Origin: Eledone cirrhosa
Lineage: Eukaryota
Length of the DNA stretch: 64,000 bases
Assembly: GCA_964016885.1 (NCBI GenBank)
Contig: OZ024740.1
Span: forward strand, 52,142,001 to 52,206,000
Direction of reading: 5' to 3'
Below the pieces are notes generated by a model, which saw nothing but the letters and a program-made list of their open reading frames with translations, did no database searches and was not told the DNA's origin. This document shows, in pieces, positions 38,958 through 52,886 of the stretch. The position numbers and the translations under genes are program-made. Numbering within the stretch: position 1 is the stretch's first letter; each line of letters starts with the position of its first letter.

Positions 38958-39659
38958 GGGAGAGGAAATGGTATATATTTTATCTGGTGATTCTATAGAC
39001 ATGTTTTATGATATATAGCTCTGATTATTTAATTTATTAACTCTTCATTGAGCCACAAAGTGACCCGTTGCAAAACACACATATATATATATATATGTAA
39101 ACCTTTATATGTAATAATCTCCCGTAAGGTTGAGATAAAATTTTGGCTGTATTGTGCTGCGCTTTCTAGCAAAAAGCCACCAGCCGTAAGCAACTATTCA
39201 CATCCTTTCTAACCTGACCGCTGCAATGTCACGATTCTTAGCCATTTTTGAATGTATTCTTGGCGCGATCACTTTGGAAAACTTATTGTCTAAATTTGAG
39301 CTAACTTCCTGAAGAGTCCGGTGCTCTAGGTGTCCAATGCTATCGGATATCTTAAAATGCGGACGAAACCATGGTAGAGGTAACTAAATATGTTCACTTT
39401 TCTCGTAGTTTATTTTACACCTAATTCTGTTTAATTGACTGTATATCTGGTCGATTTATACACGCTGTCGAAATACTCGATAAATATTCCGTCGCAACTG
39501 ACGCGAAGGGCTGCTTTCGGTTATTTGTCGGAGATTTCTTCATAGAAGCCTTTATTCTTATAGCTTGGTCTAACCGATTTTTTATATAGTTAGTTATGCT
39601 AATTGGGAGAGGAAATGGTATATATTTTATCTGGTGATTCTATAGACATGTTTTATGAT
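38958..39659 (+). mobile_element. HHR-bearing retrozyme-like element, copy C: 647-bp unit plus 55-bp terminal direct repeat
   Basis: Identical 55-bp repeat at 38958-39012 and 39605-39659; (TA)n on both flanks; no conserved ORF. Confidence 0.8.
39304..39381 (+). ncRNA. Type-I hammerhead ribozyme, canonical core
   Basis: Stem I ACTTC/GAGGT; CTGAAGA 39309-39315; stem II GTCCG/CGGAC; GAAA 39365-39368; palindromic stem III ACCATGGT; GUA triplet. Confidence 0.82.
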
Positions 39660-39786
<127 letters not shown>

Positions 39787-39951
39787 CGTCCGTATGTGTA
39801 TGTATGTATGTATATATATATATATATAAATTTACAAAATTATTATTTAAAACATCACACACACACACATGTATATATATATACACACACATACGCATAT
39901 ATATACATATATATATACACACACACTTATATAAATATGCATATATACATA

Positions 39952-42900
39952 CATGATGGCTGCGCCCTCGTTATCGAGTATGGCCATTGCACGAGAAAAA
40001 AAAACCATAATAATAATAACTGTTTCTACTTTTGGCACAAGGCCAGCAATTACCCAGTACATTACTGGTACTTTATTTTATCGACCCCGGGATTTGAACT
40101 CAGATCGTAAAGGGCCGTAACTCTATGTGTCAAAGCATGGCGTCCGACCCTCTACCAATACTGCCAATTCACCGCCCTAATAATAATAATAATAACAACA
40201 ATAATAATAATGACAACAACAACAATAATAATATATATATATATACACACACGCACACATAAACATATCTATACACACACACACGATAGCAATTAACAGC
40301 GCTGCGATCGAATGTGGCTTTTTAGCCCAGCCAATGATCTAAAATGTCTTGCACAGAGTTGGCAACCAAAACATTCACTGGGAATAGCCGGCTGTGGTTG
40401 GAGTTCGTGTACTTTTGCATGTCGCTTGAGCCCTCCTGCTGATTTACATTCTCTACCACATGCTTGGCAAGCATGATGAATAGCATCTCCAACAGCAGCC
40501 TGGTAGTCAACCACTGGTCTTACTTTATGACTGCGAAGATGACTTTCGAGTCCAGCTTTGCTTAGGCAGAGTCTCGCACAGACGCTGAATATCAGCGCCA
40601 TAGGAGGACCCTCGCCGTCCGGAAGTGCAACAGCAATGCCCTTCCTCACATCCCGCTTTACTTTCTCGTATGCGATTCGAGAGGCCTCAAAGGCAACTTT
40701 CCCCTCATATACAGTCTTTCTCCATTTATTACGATCAGCAGCAACATTTTCTCATGTATCAGCAGAGATGTTAGCGTCTTTCAAAGAGGCTTTCAAGGAA
40801 TCCTTATACCTCTTTTTTGGTTTATGTGGCGGTCGTTTTCCTTTAACTAACTCTCCATAAAAGAGTTGTTTTGGTATTCTAGAATCCTTCATCCTGGCAA
40901 GGTGACCACTCCAACGGAGTCGTTGCTTAAGCACAAGAGCTTCTATACTGTCACACAGAGAGCTTTTCAAGATCTCGACATCACTGATGTGGTCCCTCCT
41001 GTAAACGCCATGGATCAGTCTGAGACACATCTAATGGAAACGCTCCAATTGCTTAAGGTGGTGTCGATATGTGACCCAGGTTTCGCAGGCATAAAGAAGA
41101 GAAGAGAGCACACATACCTTGTACACCTTTACCTTTGTCTTCTTGCATATGTCTCGACGATCCCAGAGTTGCCTTTCTAGCTTTCCGAAAGCATCACTTG
41201 CTTTCCTAATCCTGAGTGGGATTTCATTATCAAGGTTGCTGTATCGATTGACAGTGCTTCCCAGGTAGACAAACTGATCAACCACTCCAAGTCGTTTACC
41301 ATACACATAGATATTTGGTTCACTGTACTGCATACCAGGGGCAGGTTGGTACATAACGACGGTTTTCTTGAGACTGACAGTCAATCCTAGGGCAGTGCAA
41401 GCATCAGCAAATGCATTCAAAATGTGCTGCATATCACTCTCTGTGTGCTACAAGATCGCAATCATCTGCATACAAGAGATCTCTTATGATTGATGTAAAT
41501 ACTTTTGTTTTTGCAGCAAAGCGCCTGATGTTAAATATGCTGCCTGAGGTTCGATATCGGATGTAAACACCATGCTCGCAATGCCTGAATGCAATATAGA
41601 AAACCATTGCAAGGTATATGGCAAAGAGAGTCGGTGCTGGAATATCCCCCTCTTTCATTCCATTTTTTACTGAGATAGGCTCCGACATGTTACCTCCGAC
41701 ATTAACCTAAGCCTTCATGTCGTCATGGAAAGAACTAACTAAAGCAAGGAACTTATCATCAGGGCAACCAAGTTTCTGGAGAACCTTCCATAATGCATTT
41801 CTGTTAACAGTATCGAAAGCTTTGGTCAGATCGACAAAAACCTGCTACAGATCCAAACCTTGTTCCATGCACTTCTTCTGGAGCTGTCTCGCTGAGAAGA
41901 TCATATCAGTAGTGCCGCGTCCAGCACGAAAACCAGATTGACTTTCAGGAATAACACAATCTGCAATGTGTGTCAGCAGACGGTCCAGAAGCACCCTACA
42001 TAAAACTTTCCCTACGACAGAAAGCAATGATATACCTCTGTAGTTCCCTCAATCATGTTACCCTTTCCCTTGTACAAGACTACCATTATTGCATCTCTCC
42101 AGTCCTCAGGTACGGATTCATTAGCCATATCCTGCCAAACAAAGAGTGAAGATGTTGCAGGAGTCCCTCACCACCATATTGTAGGAGCTCTGCATGTATG
42201 CCATCCATACCTGGAGACCTTCCACTGTTCAGCTTCGAGATAGCCACTGCAACGTCTACAAGTGTCGGAGGTTCTGCGAGAGCTACTTTCACAGGACTTT
42301 CTAGAATGAGATTGAGGAAATCTTCATTGACGACAGATGGCTGATTCAAAAGCTCCTGAAAGTGCTCTCGCCACCTTCGTAGAATTCCTTGTGAGTCACG
42401 AAGAAGTTCTTTGCCATCCTTGCTGCAAAGCGGCGTCACCAGAGAAGAAGACGGTCCATAAACTTCACGCTTGAGACTGTACAACAGCTTTGTGTTATTG
42501 GAATTTGACGCAGTTTGTATCTCATCAGGCTTCTCACTCCACCACTGATCCTTCATCTGAGAAAGACTCCGCCTAACACGTGATTTCAAATCCTTGAGTT
42601 CATTATGCAACATATTCTTCTCCTGTGGTTTTGACGTCAAGTAGCGTGACAGAGCACGCCTCTTATCAACTAACAAGTCTTCTATATGTTCATCATTCTC
42701 ATTAAACCAGTCTTGATGTTTTCTCTGCACCAATTCCAGAACACGCCTGCCTACATCATAAACCAACTTTTTAAGGGTCGGCCAACCCTAACCAAGATCT
42801 GCAACCTGCATCTCTTCTCGCAATGTCCTCTTCATATTTTTATCCCTAAGACGAGCAGCATTCAATCTTCTGGGCAGGGCAACACCAGGAGCCCGGAGTT

Positions 42901-44189
42901 TACGTTTAGTGATTAGTTTCACTTTTGCGCGTACCAGGGGTGGTCCGTCCAGTACTCAGCTCCACGAAGAGCACGAACGCACTGCACATCCCGTCTGCCA
43001 CGCATCCTGACTAGGACGTAGTCCAAAAGATGCCATTCCTTAGATGCAGGATGCATCTATGTAGTCTTAAATTTGTTCTTTTGTTGGAACATGGTGTTGG
43101 TAACACACATATGCAGCTCTTCATACATCTGCAGCAGGAGCATACCATTGTTGTTACACTTTCCCACCCCATGCCTTCCGATTACATTCCATGTGTTAAA
43201 ATCCCTACCCACTCTAGCATTAAAGTCACCAAGCACGATGACTTTGTCTGTCTGAGGGATATTTCTTAAAACACCTTTCAAGGCATGGTAAAAGGACACT
43301 TTTTCTTCATCGACAGAATTCATAGTTGGAGCATACACACTCACCAGGGTCGCATATCTTCCTTTGTCCAGCGGAATTCTCATGGACATAAGACGCTCAC
43401 TAATCCCTACTGGGAATTCTTCTAATTTATTCACAAGAACAGCTTTAACAGCAAATGCTACCCAGCCTCTCTTCTGGTACCTTTATCTCTACCATTCCAG
43501 AAGAATGTATATTCTCCACAAAATTCTGTAAGATGACCTTCTCCAGCTAACCTCGTCTCAGATAAAGCTACGATGTCAAGATCGTAACGTCGCAGCCCCT
43601 TTGCAACAAGAGCGGTCCTTCGTTCAGGACGTTCCCTGTCAAGCAGCGTCCGTACGTTCCAGCAGCCAACACTAAATGCCTTGTTTGGCTCTATTACAGT
43701 GGCACGATGACGAGCGGGCCCAGGCTGTGATAACCTGGGGCCCCTGCCCTTATTGCTAATTCTCTCTTTTGTTCCAGAACCCTTATTGCCAATTATCTCT
43801 TTTATATTGTTTTGGAACATCATTGAATTGGGAAAAGAAAAAAAAGTAATAATAATAGTAACAATAATAATAATAATAATAATACACTATTAATAATTAT
43901 TAATTAATGCAATCGCGCAATGCTTGTGCGTGAAGAATATTTTTAAAGTGAGGAAAGACTGTGCATTGAGCCAATCCCACTCTCTGAGCGACAGTAGCTA
44001 TAACCCGAAAAGAAAAGATGAACATCATCGGTAACTACTGAGCCGCAGGTTTTATGTCGAAGTTAACCCAGTTTCCTGAGATGCCTTCTCCTAGAAGAAT
44101 ACCCTGACAAGGGCTAGGGGTTCTTCACTCCCAGTGGTTTAACTGCGCGATCGGGTATCCAGCCCGACTATTTCTATGTCCCCGCGCAT
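39952..44189 (-). mobile_element. Near-full-length RTE (BovB-like) LINE with stops/frameshifts; SINE inserted in 3'UTR (40018-40177)
   Basis: APE (VGCWNVRTL, ALSETR, VYAPT, LGDFNARVG), RT (QSGFRAGRGTTDMIF, LLYADD, FVYLGS, RLRWSGHLARM), C-terminal C2H2 fingers, (CATA) tail. Confidence 0.92.
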
Positions 44190-44315
44190 AAAAAAAAACA
44201 CACACTTATTGACTCTCATACGTACGACATACACACACGCGCACACACATACATACATACGCGCGCACACACCAACACTCATGCATACAAACAAACACAC
44301 ATACGCTACTCACTT

Positions 44316-44366
<51 letters not shown>

Positions 44367-45059
44367 CTAGCTAAACTACCCGTCCTTTGGACGGTTCAAG
44401 TAGCTTTCGATGTAGCTCATTAAACTAAACAAAGTAAATTTGAATACATAGAAGAAAAACGTACTTTATGTAAACATGAAAACCTAAGGCACTATTCCAG
44501 CGAAATAATTAATATGTGAGCTCGGTGTTTTTTTTTTGACAACAGTAAAAACACACCATGAAATAGAGAAGTGAAGTGAATAATAGACACTATTATGTAC
44601 AAAGCATAATATTGTAAAAGTTATGACATCACTTAATGTATGGACATCAAGCTTGAAACGATAAATTATACAATGTCAAATCTATAACTTAATTTAGTAA
44701 TCTGTTAGACATTGCTGGTTGTGAAATATAAAAAATGATATTGTTAGTCTCAAGGAAGCGTACCTTTTGTTTCAAGTACAAAGAGTAAAATTAAAATCCG
44801 AATGAGCCGAATTATGAAAGATAACTCTTGTCTTACTTAATCACGAAAATTCACACAAATAACCGAAACTTTTTTAATGTCTCCAAAGGTCCCAATATCG
44901 ATTTTTGAAAGCCTTTGTAGATCATGTACAGGTTTTGTGCAAGGAGAAGCTCTGTAAAAAATTTCAACGAAATCGCATGAATGGTTTAGAATGTATGAGC
45001 TCTCATTAAAAATTGTCCACACACACATACAGAAAACTTCGTCTTTATATATATACAGA
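44367..45059 (-). mobile_element. Non-autonomous Helitron-like element
   Basis: Minus strand begins A|TCTGTATATATATAAAG and ends with CCGTCCAAAGGACGG hairpin then CTAG|T. Confidence 0.65.
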
Positions 45060-45153
45060 TTACCGTTATTACTGATACAAGATTACAAGATTATGTCAAC
45101 TGTTGACTTTCGAAAGAGTTCGTATAGTTGAAGCCGTTCGTGTTACCGTTCAG

Positions 45154-45500
45154 TGGCAGTATCGGTAGAGGGTCGGACGTCATGCTTTGACGCATAGAGT
45201 TATGGCCCTTTCCGTTCTGAGTTCAAATCCCGCCGAGGTCAACTTTGCCTTTCATCCTTACGGGGTCGATAAAATAAAGTACCAGTAATGTACTGGGTTA
45301 TTGCTGACCTTGTGCCAAAAGTAGAAACAATTATTATAATTGCTTTACAACATAGAGCTATGGCCCTCGACGCCCCGAGCTCAAATCCCGCCGAGGTCAA
45401 CCTTGCCTTTCATCCCCACGGAGTCAACAAAAGAGAGCACCGGTAATGCGCTGGAACAATTGCTGGCTCCGTGCCCAAAGCAGAAAAATTATTATTATTA
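45154..45500 (+). mobile_element. Two tandem Meta-domain-like SINE copies
   Basis: B-box and central domain twice; second copy is 5'-truncated and more diverged. Confidence 0.85.
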
Positions 45501-45777
45501 AAGTTGTTGTTTTCTTAAGGCCCGATCGCTGGTGATGGTGATGGCGGCGGTGGATGGTGGTGATGGCAGTTGATGGTGTTGTGTTGTGTGTGTGTGTATG
45601 TTTTTTTTTCCTTTTTCTTTTTTTGTGTTTTTCTATATCGTTTGATGTCGCTGTTGTTGTAAATGTTCATTTCATTTCATTCTGAAGCTGTTGTTGCTGT
45701 AAACATTAGTGCCGGTGTTGTTGTAGATTTTGGGGTTGAAATCTGGTCGTTTGACTGAGTGATGTATACACGCACAC

Positions 45778-45842
<65 letters not shown>

Positions 45843-46274
45843 TTCAACACAGAGTAGAGAGTTTGGCAACAGGTCAGTGACTTTAGTCTACAAGGGTAAT
45901 GACATGTGTAAATGTAAATGTGATGGTGTGGAGAGAGTATAGACGTTATTGTGGGTGGTGGAGGGCAGTGAGATGTATCTAGTTCATTTGTCCGTTTTCT
46001 TCTCTTTGCAAAATTTGAATTTTAGCCATGTTATATTGAGGTGTAAGTAAATGTAAAATGTAAAATATAAATAAGGATTGCTCTGGCAAAATATACGAAA
46101 ATATTTGTGTAACTTCCACAATCTTCTGTCATGATATTCCCGAGTCCAGTGAGCAAAAAATTGTTGTATTTTGATGTTTCAGAATACAAAAATTAATTAA
46201 AAACTTACCCCACGAAAAGACAGCGTGTGTTGTCATATCTATAAGCTCCATACATACATACATACATACATATA

Positions 46275-46890
46275 TGGTGGCTGCCAACTCGTTTTCGAGT
46301 ACGGCCACTACTTTATATCCATGTAGGAGAACCCCTACCGATGCGCTGAACGAGTGTGACTTTTTAGTCCAGCCAGCGACTTGAAAACTCTGGTACAAAC
46401 ACTACACTTGTGACAATTGTTGACAGATAGTGCTGGGCCCATGGTACCATGTGACGACAAGTGCAGAGAGATCTCCAGATATAAAGCAATGCCTGTGCCG
46501 TGAAGCTTTTATAGTGAGCAAAGGCACTGCACAAAGCCAGTCCCACTCTCTTAACCAAGATGATATTTACCAAAACGAAGAACAAGTCAACATCATTGGA
46601 TACCATCAGAGTTGCAGGTGTTATATCAGAGTTTTCCTTCTCCTGGAATTTTGCCTTGACAAAGGCTAAGGGGTCATCTCTCCCGGTGATTTTGGATGGC
46701 CATTGACTCTTAAGAGTTCCTTTGACCTTTGACAGGTTTTGTTTTTAGTCCTGCAGGATGTCCAAAGTCACCCTCCTCACCAAGAAACCTTGGTGGGGTT
46801 GCCAGTTTAGTCGCCAACGACCCGACCATGAGACAGGTTGTACTGGGATACATGTTACCAGTAGCACCAACTGGTGACCTGACTGGTGAC
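46275..46890 (-). mobile_element. Non-autonomous RTE-derived element (same family as 7132-7686, longer 5' end)
   Basis: Near-identical reverse complement; flanked by (CATA)n. Confidence 0.82.
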
Positions 46891-46931
46891 ATACATACAT
46901 ACATACATACATACATACATACATACATACA

Positions 46932-46961
<30 letters not shown>

Positions 46962-46962
<1 letters not shown>

Positions 46963-47403
46963 GTAGCGACATGGTTAGTCAGTCTGGTCACTACTTCCGA
47001 TCAGATCCGAGAATAGCTCTTAAAAGGACTGTTATCGCATACGGTCTGATCGTATCTGAAGATAGCCCTTAAAACAACTGTTGTCACATACGGTAAGGAT
47101 GAACAGACGAAAGCACAAGTTGAAAGGACGAAGCAAGGAGAGAGATGTAATTTCGATCAGCTATTTATTTTCACATGAAGCGACGATAAAAGGTACAAGG
47201 CGTGTGTGAGTGACAAAGCGTGACAGAGGCGAGGAACAACGATACGCGAGTTGACTCTGCCATAATAATCGTTTGATGTTTAGCCGCTGTGTAGGCGTTT
47301 ATTCTGATGGTTTTTTAAGGGCTGTTTGTTTCACGGTGAGGTAGCTAGCTAACAGGTAGATGGCGCTGTATATTTCACAGATGTTATTTCCGGTGGCTGT
47401 ACA
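46962..47403. mobile_element. Possible solo LTR
   Basis: TGTAGC..GCTGTACA termini, CATA on both sides, minus-strand AATAAA, internal ~49-bp tandem duplication. Confidence 0.45.
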
Positions 47404-48169
47404 CATACATACAATATTGATATAATGATTTTAAGCATCTGTTACTCATATTCCTATTTATGTTACGTTGGCTTAGAACTCATATTTCTATTCACTCATA
47501 TTTCTATTTACTTAGAAGTTGGCTTAGGACAAATATAGAGAATTGATATTTCAGTTACCACTAAACAGAAATCGCTCAAATGTCTTTATCCTTATCAAAT
47601 ATCAAATTTTGGAATACAAATAGAAGTAAGAACAGGATTTTATAACTTAAACGTAGGGTATTGTTATTATCATGACAATTATTACCAGAAGACCACAAAC
47701 ATGGGAGCCAATCTCACTCAGAAAGCTGTCTCTGAAAGATGGGGTGGAGGTATCTAACATCTACATCACCTAACCGTTCAGTCATTCTCTGCAAGGCACC
47801 TTATCTGGTTAGAACACACGCACTTTCATTTTTTGTGAAACGGACAAGTCTCGCTGGTCAGAGAATCCATCTGCTACTAATACCTATTCTGTTGTAGCCT
47901 GCCATGGTTAATGATGCGTAGGCATGTGTTGTAAATAATGCACCAGCGGAATTACTTCGGATATTACTATGGCCATCACAACATAAACGAAGTTCAAACA
48001 GCGTGGATGCCTTTTGTGTGACACGTCTCTCTGCAGCTCGTCTACCTGACTGAGCTACAGTCCTGGGCCAAGCGCAGATCAAGGCTGGACGTCTGGCATC
48101 TAGCGAGCTGTCCAGTGCTCACGGCACTTTACCAGCTGGACATCAAAATCGGTGACCTAAAACAACGAT

Positions 48170-49505
48170 TGTTTTCTATAGTTTATTTGTAGAAGGTATT
48201 GGCGACGATTGCCTGGGAGCAGCTCTGGGTGTCGACGAGGACAGTCTGAGCAGAAAATTCTGGAGGACTTTCAGGCGATTATGGACAATCTGCAAAACTT
48301 CTTGGTAGAACAATTTAACAGTGTTACAGAGTGGGAAGGGGCACTACCAGTTCAAGACAAACCCTATAGGCACCGGTGTACCAACAGCTTGAACGACCAT
48401 CACATGTAGAACAGATCCGGTTATAGCCGGGTCTATAGTGAAAATTGAACTACCACATTCTATTAGAAGGGAAGCGCGGCTAGTCTTCCTCTGCCTCGTA
48501 AAAGAAGCTCTATGGTGGATACGTCTGAAAGTTTTGAGGAAAGGGTTTTTCCTCTCCGGCATGGTTTCCATCAACTTTTTCAAATACCACTTGAGGAGGA
48601 AAGTGGGAGTAAAGAGGGAAGGGGTGCGTTCTAGTTTCTTTTATGAAAGATGGACGAGAGTGAGAAATTGATGAGGATGAATGAACCTACTATGTGTATG
48701 AGGTAACAGAGTAATCCACGGTTTTCTGTGAGGTTTTTCCTGAGGTTACCCTAAAATGCACCCTTTCCCCATATTGGGGACATTTTTCTAGTTGACGAAG
48801 TCGAACTAACCAGTCTGTTCAGGAGGACTTCCGAGCCGGGGCTATGGATAATTTCCAGAAATCCCTCGCTCGGCAGTGCTACCGGGGGTCACAGTCGGTT
48901 CAAGATAAGCTCTGCAGGCACGGAAGTGCTGTCAGATGGACCTGCTCGAGATGCGTGCAGAATGACGAAACCGTTCTGAACGCACTCGTCCCGTGTCCGT
49001 GCATTACTGACTTGTCGCGCGTAGGACAGATCCGACTATCGACCGAGTCGATAGTGAAGATATCCCAGCCACCTTCATTTGGTTGGGAAGTGAAGACAGT
49101 TTTCTCTTCTGTCTAGTGGCAGTAGCGAAAGAGGTTGTGTGGAAACCAGGTTGAAAGGACTGAAGACAGACATTTTTCTCTTCGGCTAATCCCTTATCAA
49201 CTTTTTCAAGTTTCACTTGGAAAAGAAGGTGTGGGTAGAAAGAGAAGTGCCCCCCCCCCCCAGTACATTTACTAAAAGGTGGGTGAATGTTGCAAGAATG
49301 GTCCGTGTGAGCATGCGCCTGTAGGCTGGTGGATTTGAGGAGGAGAGGGGTGCCCTTCCCGCGTGCTATCGAAGTGTCGGGTCGTTCAGGTTTGGTGTTG
49401 TATCTTAGTTTCCCCTGGGTGCTTATCCCCTTTATTGGGGAATTTGTATTGTATTGTCCCCTATATGTCGGCCCTTGTGGCAAATAAAGAAATTGTTATT
49501 ATTAT
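48170..49505 (+). mobile_element. Two tandem Tx1-like 3' fragments
   Basis: MDNFQKSLARQCYRG..CSRC..ETVLNALVPCP knuckle region homologous to 33195-33990 rc; AATAAAGAAATTGTTATTATTAT tail. Confidence 0.75.
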
Positions 49506-49955
49506 GCGGTAGATTGGTAGTATCGGTAGAGTGTCAGACACTATGCTTCTCAGCATAGAGTTATGGCCCTTTACGTTCTGAGTTCAAATCCCACCGAGGT
49601 TAACTTTGTCGTTTATCCTTACGGGGTCGATAAAATAAAGCCCCAGTAATACACTGAGGTCGATTTAATCGACTTTCCCCTCTCCCTAAATTGCTGGCCT
49701 TGTGCCTATAGTAGATATTATTATTATTAAAATAGTGCGTTGGATTCGCTGTATCAGTAGAGCGTTGACCAACGTGCTTTACGGCATAGAGCTACGGCCG
49801 TTTACGTTCAGAGTTTAAATCCCACCGAGATTAGCTTTGTCTTTCATCCTTATGGGGTCAATAAAATAAAGCACCAGTAATGCACTTGGGTCGATTTAAT
49901 CGATTCCCCCCCCTTCATATTGCTGGCCTTGTGCCTAAAATAGAAACAATTATTA
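49506..49955 (+). mobile_element. Two tandem Meta-domain-like SINE copies
   Basis: A/B boxes, central domain and TTA tails. Confidence 0.85.
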
Positions 49956-50227
49956 TTAAAGGTATCGAAACAAATCTAGAACATCATGTTATTTCAACTA
50001 ATATTTGGTCTAAAAAGCGGACACGCACATAGATATACACACACACATACTCTCTCTTTCTCTTTCTCCCAAACACATACACACACACACATACTCTCTC
50101 TTTCTCTTTCTCCCAAACACATACACGCACACACATACGTATATAATTATTTGAAGGGTCGGTTTATATTGGAATGGATTTATTTTTAAAACCGATGCCT
50201 CGGATGCTTGAAATGTATATGGTCAAA

Positions 50228-50606
<379 letters not shown>

Positions 50607-51111
50607 TTTTGATTGAGTGAAATAAAACTGAAATAACTTTCCCTGAAACTAAATGTCTTTACTGAAACCACTTTTATTTATAGATAATCACATATGGAAG
50701 ATACACTGAAGTTATTGCATTAAACTCATAGTACACAGGAAATAATACTAGATAGAATTCAAGAAACCATTACGACTAACACTTCTGTAATTATTCAGAG
50801 ACATAAATACAACTTTTAATTCATTTTCCACAATTCTAAGTGCTGAAATTTTACAATGTAAAGATTTATTAGAATTGCAAGATTGATGAAAGAATGCGTT
50901 TTATATTGTTAATGTAGAAATATAAAATTTGTTGACATTGGGCATTGTAGGATAAAATAACTTCAAAGTGTTAGCAACCAGCAGAGGGGGCTGCAGTCGT
51001 TATGTAATGGCTAACACTTGTGGTCGTCCAAGTTATCCACTGTTTGGAATGTATTAAATCTGAGCTGTTACACACACACTCACCCCCCCCCCTATATATA
51101 TATATTATATA

Positions 51112-51197
<86 letters not shown>

Positions 51198-51253
51198 ATA
51201 TATACGCACAAACACAGACACTCGTATGCAATCACACATACACTCACACATTA

Positions 51254-52657
51254 CACAGCTCTACAAAATTCCAAGAATATTTCTGCTTCGGAGTTCAAAT
51301 ATCATTTTCCTTGTGCATTTGGGGCGCGCTGAACTTGAAAATGACAAAATAATTGAGGGTTTGTATCTACCCTTTTAGATATTTGATATTTTATGTTTCA
51401 TAAATATGTGACAATGAAACTCACTTCATGTTGCTCTCAAAGCGTTTCTTATCCTGCCCTTTACATACAAGTTTTTGTGCAGCTCTTGTAACTGACCAAA
51501 AGTAATCTTCTAACATATTTGGGTTATCGTTACCCTACTGTCGTTTTTTCATGGCTGCAATATCTTGGTGAAAATGCTTTCCGTGTTCGTCGCTCCCAGC
51601 ACCATAACTTGATGTGAGGAAATCCAGGTATGAATGAAGAAAATGGATTTTGAAGGACATATCATAGTTGCTGTTAGGAAAGCAGCAAATTTTACACAAG
51701 TTCTTGGTAGTTGTCCGCTCTGTGATTTCCTAGAAAATTCTGTGACGACAAGCTACTTTTTTTCTTTTTCCGAAAGAATTCGTTCAAATTCGTCCTTCTT
51801 TAAAATTTCATGAATTTGGAGACCGACAAACACACCCTGTTTAATTTTCGTTTTACTTAGATACTGAAAAGTCTGTTCTGTCTTATCTATAGCTTTTATG
51901 GAATTTTTCATTAACCCCAATTTGATAAGGCAACAAAATTTTCTCAGTACAAGAGGCAGATTTTGAACATTTATTTATCCCAAGTTCTAGTGACTTCTGG
52001 TGTGGCGAATCATTTCTGGTGCAATGAGAATCTTTTGCACGACTGTCCCATTCTCACAGAAAAACAACAGTATTTTGTGTAGCCTGATTGTAGTCTCAAA
52101 TAAAGCAACCATTTAAAAGTCACCATAGATCTAGCATTGGTATTTATCTAAATTTATACAGATAGGAGTTCCCCCAAGTTCTAGAATGTTTCCTTCATAT
52201 GAACAACATGTCCAAATGGAACTGAAGACATTATTGCATCATACTACTTTAAAACAGATGGCAACTACTAGGTGATGCAACATGAGCAATGACTGTATCA
52301 TACAACTGACTTCTATCAAACATTACTTGACAAAGGCAAGTTTTGGTTACTGTTTACATTCATTTAGTTGCTTTTAATCATCACATGTTCAGTGAAAATC
52401 AAATCTTAAATGCCATTGTTATTAGTAAGAATATATTTGACCATATATTTTTCAGTTTGATGGTCCTACACTATAACAATGATTTACAATCCCATCTCCT
52501 GACTTCTTTCATTTTCATAAAAAATGGAAAAGTCGCCTTTGAGCTAAATCTCGATAACAAGACTTTAACTTCAAAAATGAGTATCCTTTTCGAATTCAGC
52601 GCCCCCAAATTAGTAAAGATCAACTGGTATTCAAAACAATTTCATTGTAGACCAGTG
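51254..52657 (-). mobile_element. Chapaev3 (CMC) DNA transposon, internally deleted
   Basis: CAC..GTG termini (CACAGCTCTACAA / TTGTAGACCAGTG), TTA 3-bp TSD on both sides, minus-strand motifs LQSGYTKYCCF, SFKIHFLHSYLDF, GAGSDEHGKHFHQDI. Confidence 0.8.
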
Positions 52658-52886
52658 TTATCAGCCAGCCACTACATGCAGTGCGTGTACCAATGAAAGA
52701 ACCTCTAGATGATCACTATACGTGTAAGAAATAGCTGCAAAATATCCCTCATATCATACCATACCATATTTAAAATGGGGAAACATACATTTAATAATGT
52801 AGACCTAGATATACTATACCCGAAAAAGAGGTCGAAATAGTCACAGTTGGAATGCCTTGAATAATATATCTGTCCTATGAATGCTT

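Noticed and set aside
46795-46890. HDV-like ribozyme at the 5' end of the RTE-derived element (GGGTCG..CGA-CTAA-ACTGG)
   Set aside because: P4/J4-2/P2-like parts are visible but a convincing P1 and P3/L3 could not be assembled by eye; needs a covariance-model search
47056-47120. CTGAAGA..GAAA in the LTR-like element
   Set aside because: No stem II closing next to both core segments
50976-50993. CTCF-like motif CCAGCAGAGGGGGC
   Set aside because: A single short motif with no supporting context
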